From a virus: a stretch of 64,000 nt of DNA. Location of the stretch: positions 1 through 64,000 of IMG/VR virus record IMGVR_UViG_3300024182_000001; one strand, written 5' to 3'. This document shows, in pieces, positions 63,908-64,000 of the stretch. Made by a program: the position numbers and the translations under genes. Numbering within the stretch: position 1 is the stretch's first letter; the number at the start of each line of letters is the position of its first letter. Under the pieces are notes generated by a model. The model was not told the origin of the DNA. It worked only from the letters and a program-made list of their open reading frames with translations, and searched no databases.

Positions 63908-64000
63908 GGTTGGGAAAGCTGACACCGACATTTGCCGATCAAATGGCCGCCAACGGAAATGGAGCCGGCGTCGTTCCAGTTCACGCTATTGCACCACATG

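Overview
The window reads as a near-complete, GC-rich genome of a tailed dsDNA phage, probably podovirus-like and infecting a high-GC Proteobacterium, rather than host chromosome. Virion genes sit at both ends, which suggests a circularly permuted genome. From left to right the modules are:
- 1..11.9 kb (+): tail and internal-virion genes, including a 1563-aa ejection-type protein with a peptidoglycan-binding domain.
- 12..16.4 kb (+): a lysis cassette with an M15 peptidase, a GH108+CHAP endolysin and six small membrane proteins.
- 16.4..29.3 kb (-): early/replication genes, including family-A DNA polymerase, SNF2 helicase, VRR-NUC, a PP-loop PAPS-reductase/DndC-like enzyme, a Cas4-like nuclease, Dam, regulators and an HNH endonuclease.
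- 29.6..36 kb (+): a primase-polymerase/VirE-like gene followed by an iteron-rich putative origin, small early genes with a repeated promoter cassette, and terS.
- 36..50 kb (-): a 14-kb accessory island inserted between terS and terL. It carries a DNA methyltransferase, a small serine recombinase, tRNA gene fragments, and a tightly coupled operon for a pseudaminic-acid-type nonulosonic acid pathway (PseB, PseC, PseI, a cytidylyltransferase-aminotransferase fusion, GNAT, methyltransferases, oxidoreductase) interrupted by an HNH-AP2 homing endonuclease.
- 50..64 kb (+): terL, portal, a GroES-like protein, scaffold, capsid and other virion proteins, plus two more homing-endonuclease genes.
No RNA polymerase, integrase, intact tRNA or CRISPR array was found. 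A recurring 14-16 bp palindrome (ATCACG..CGTGAT) marks most operon starts.
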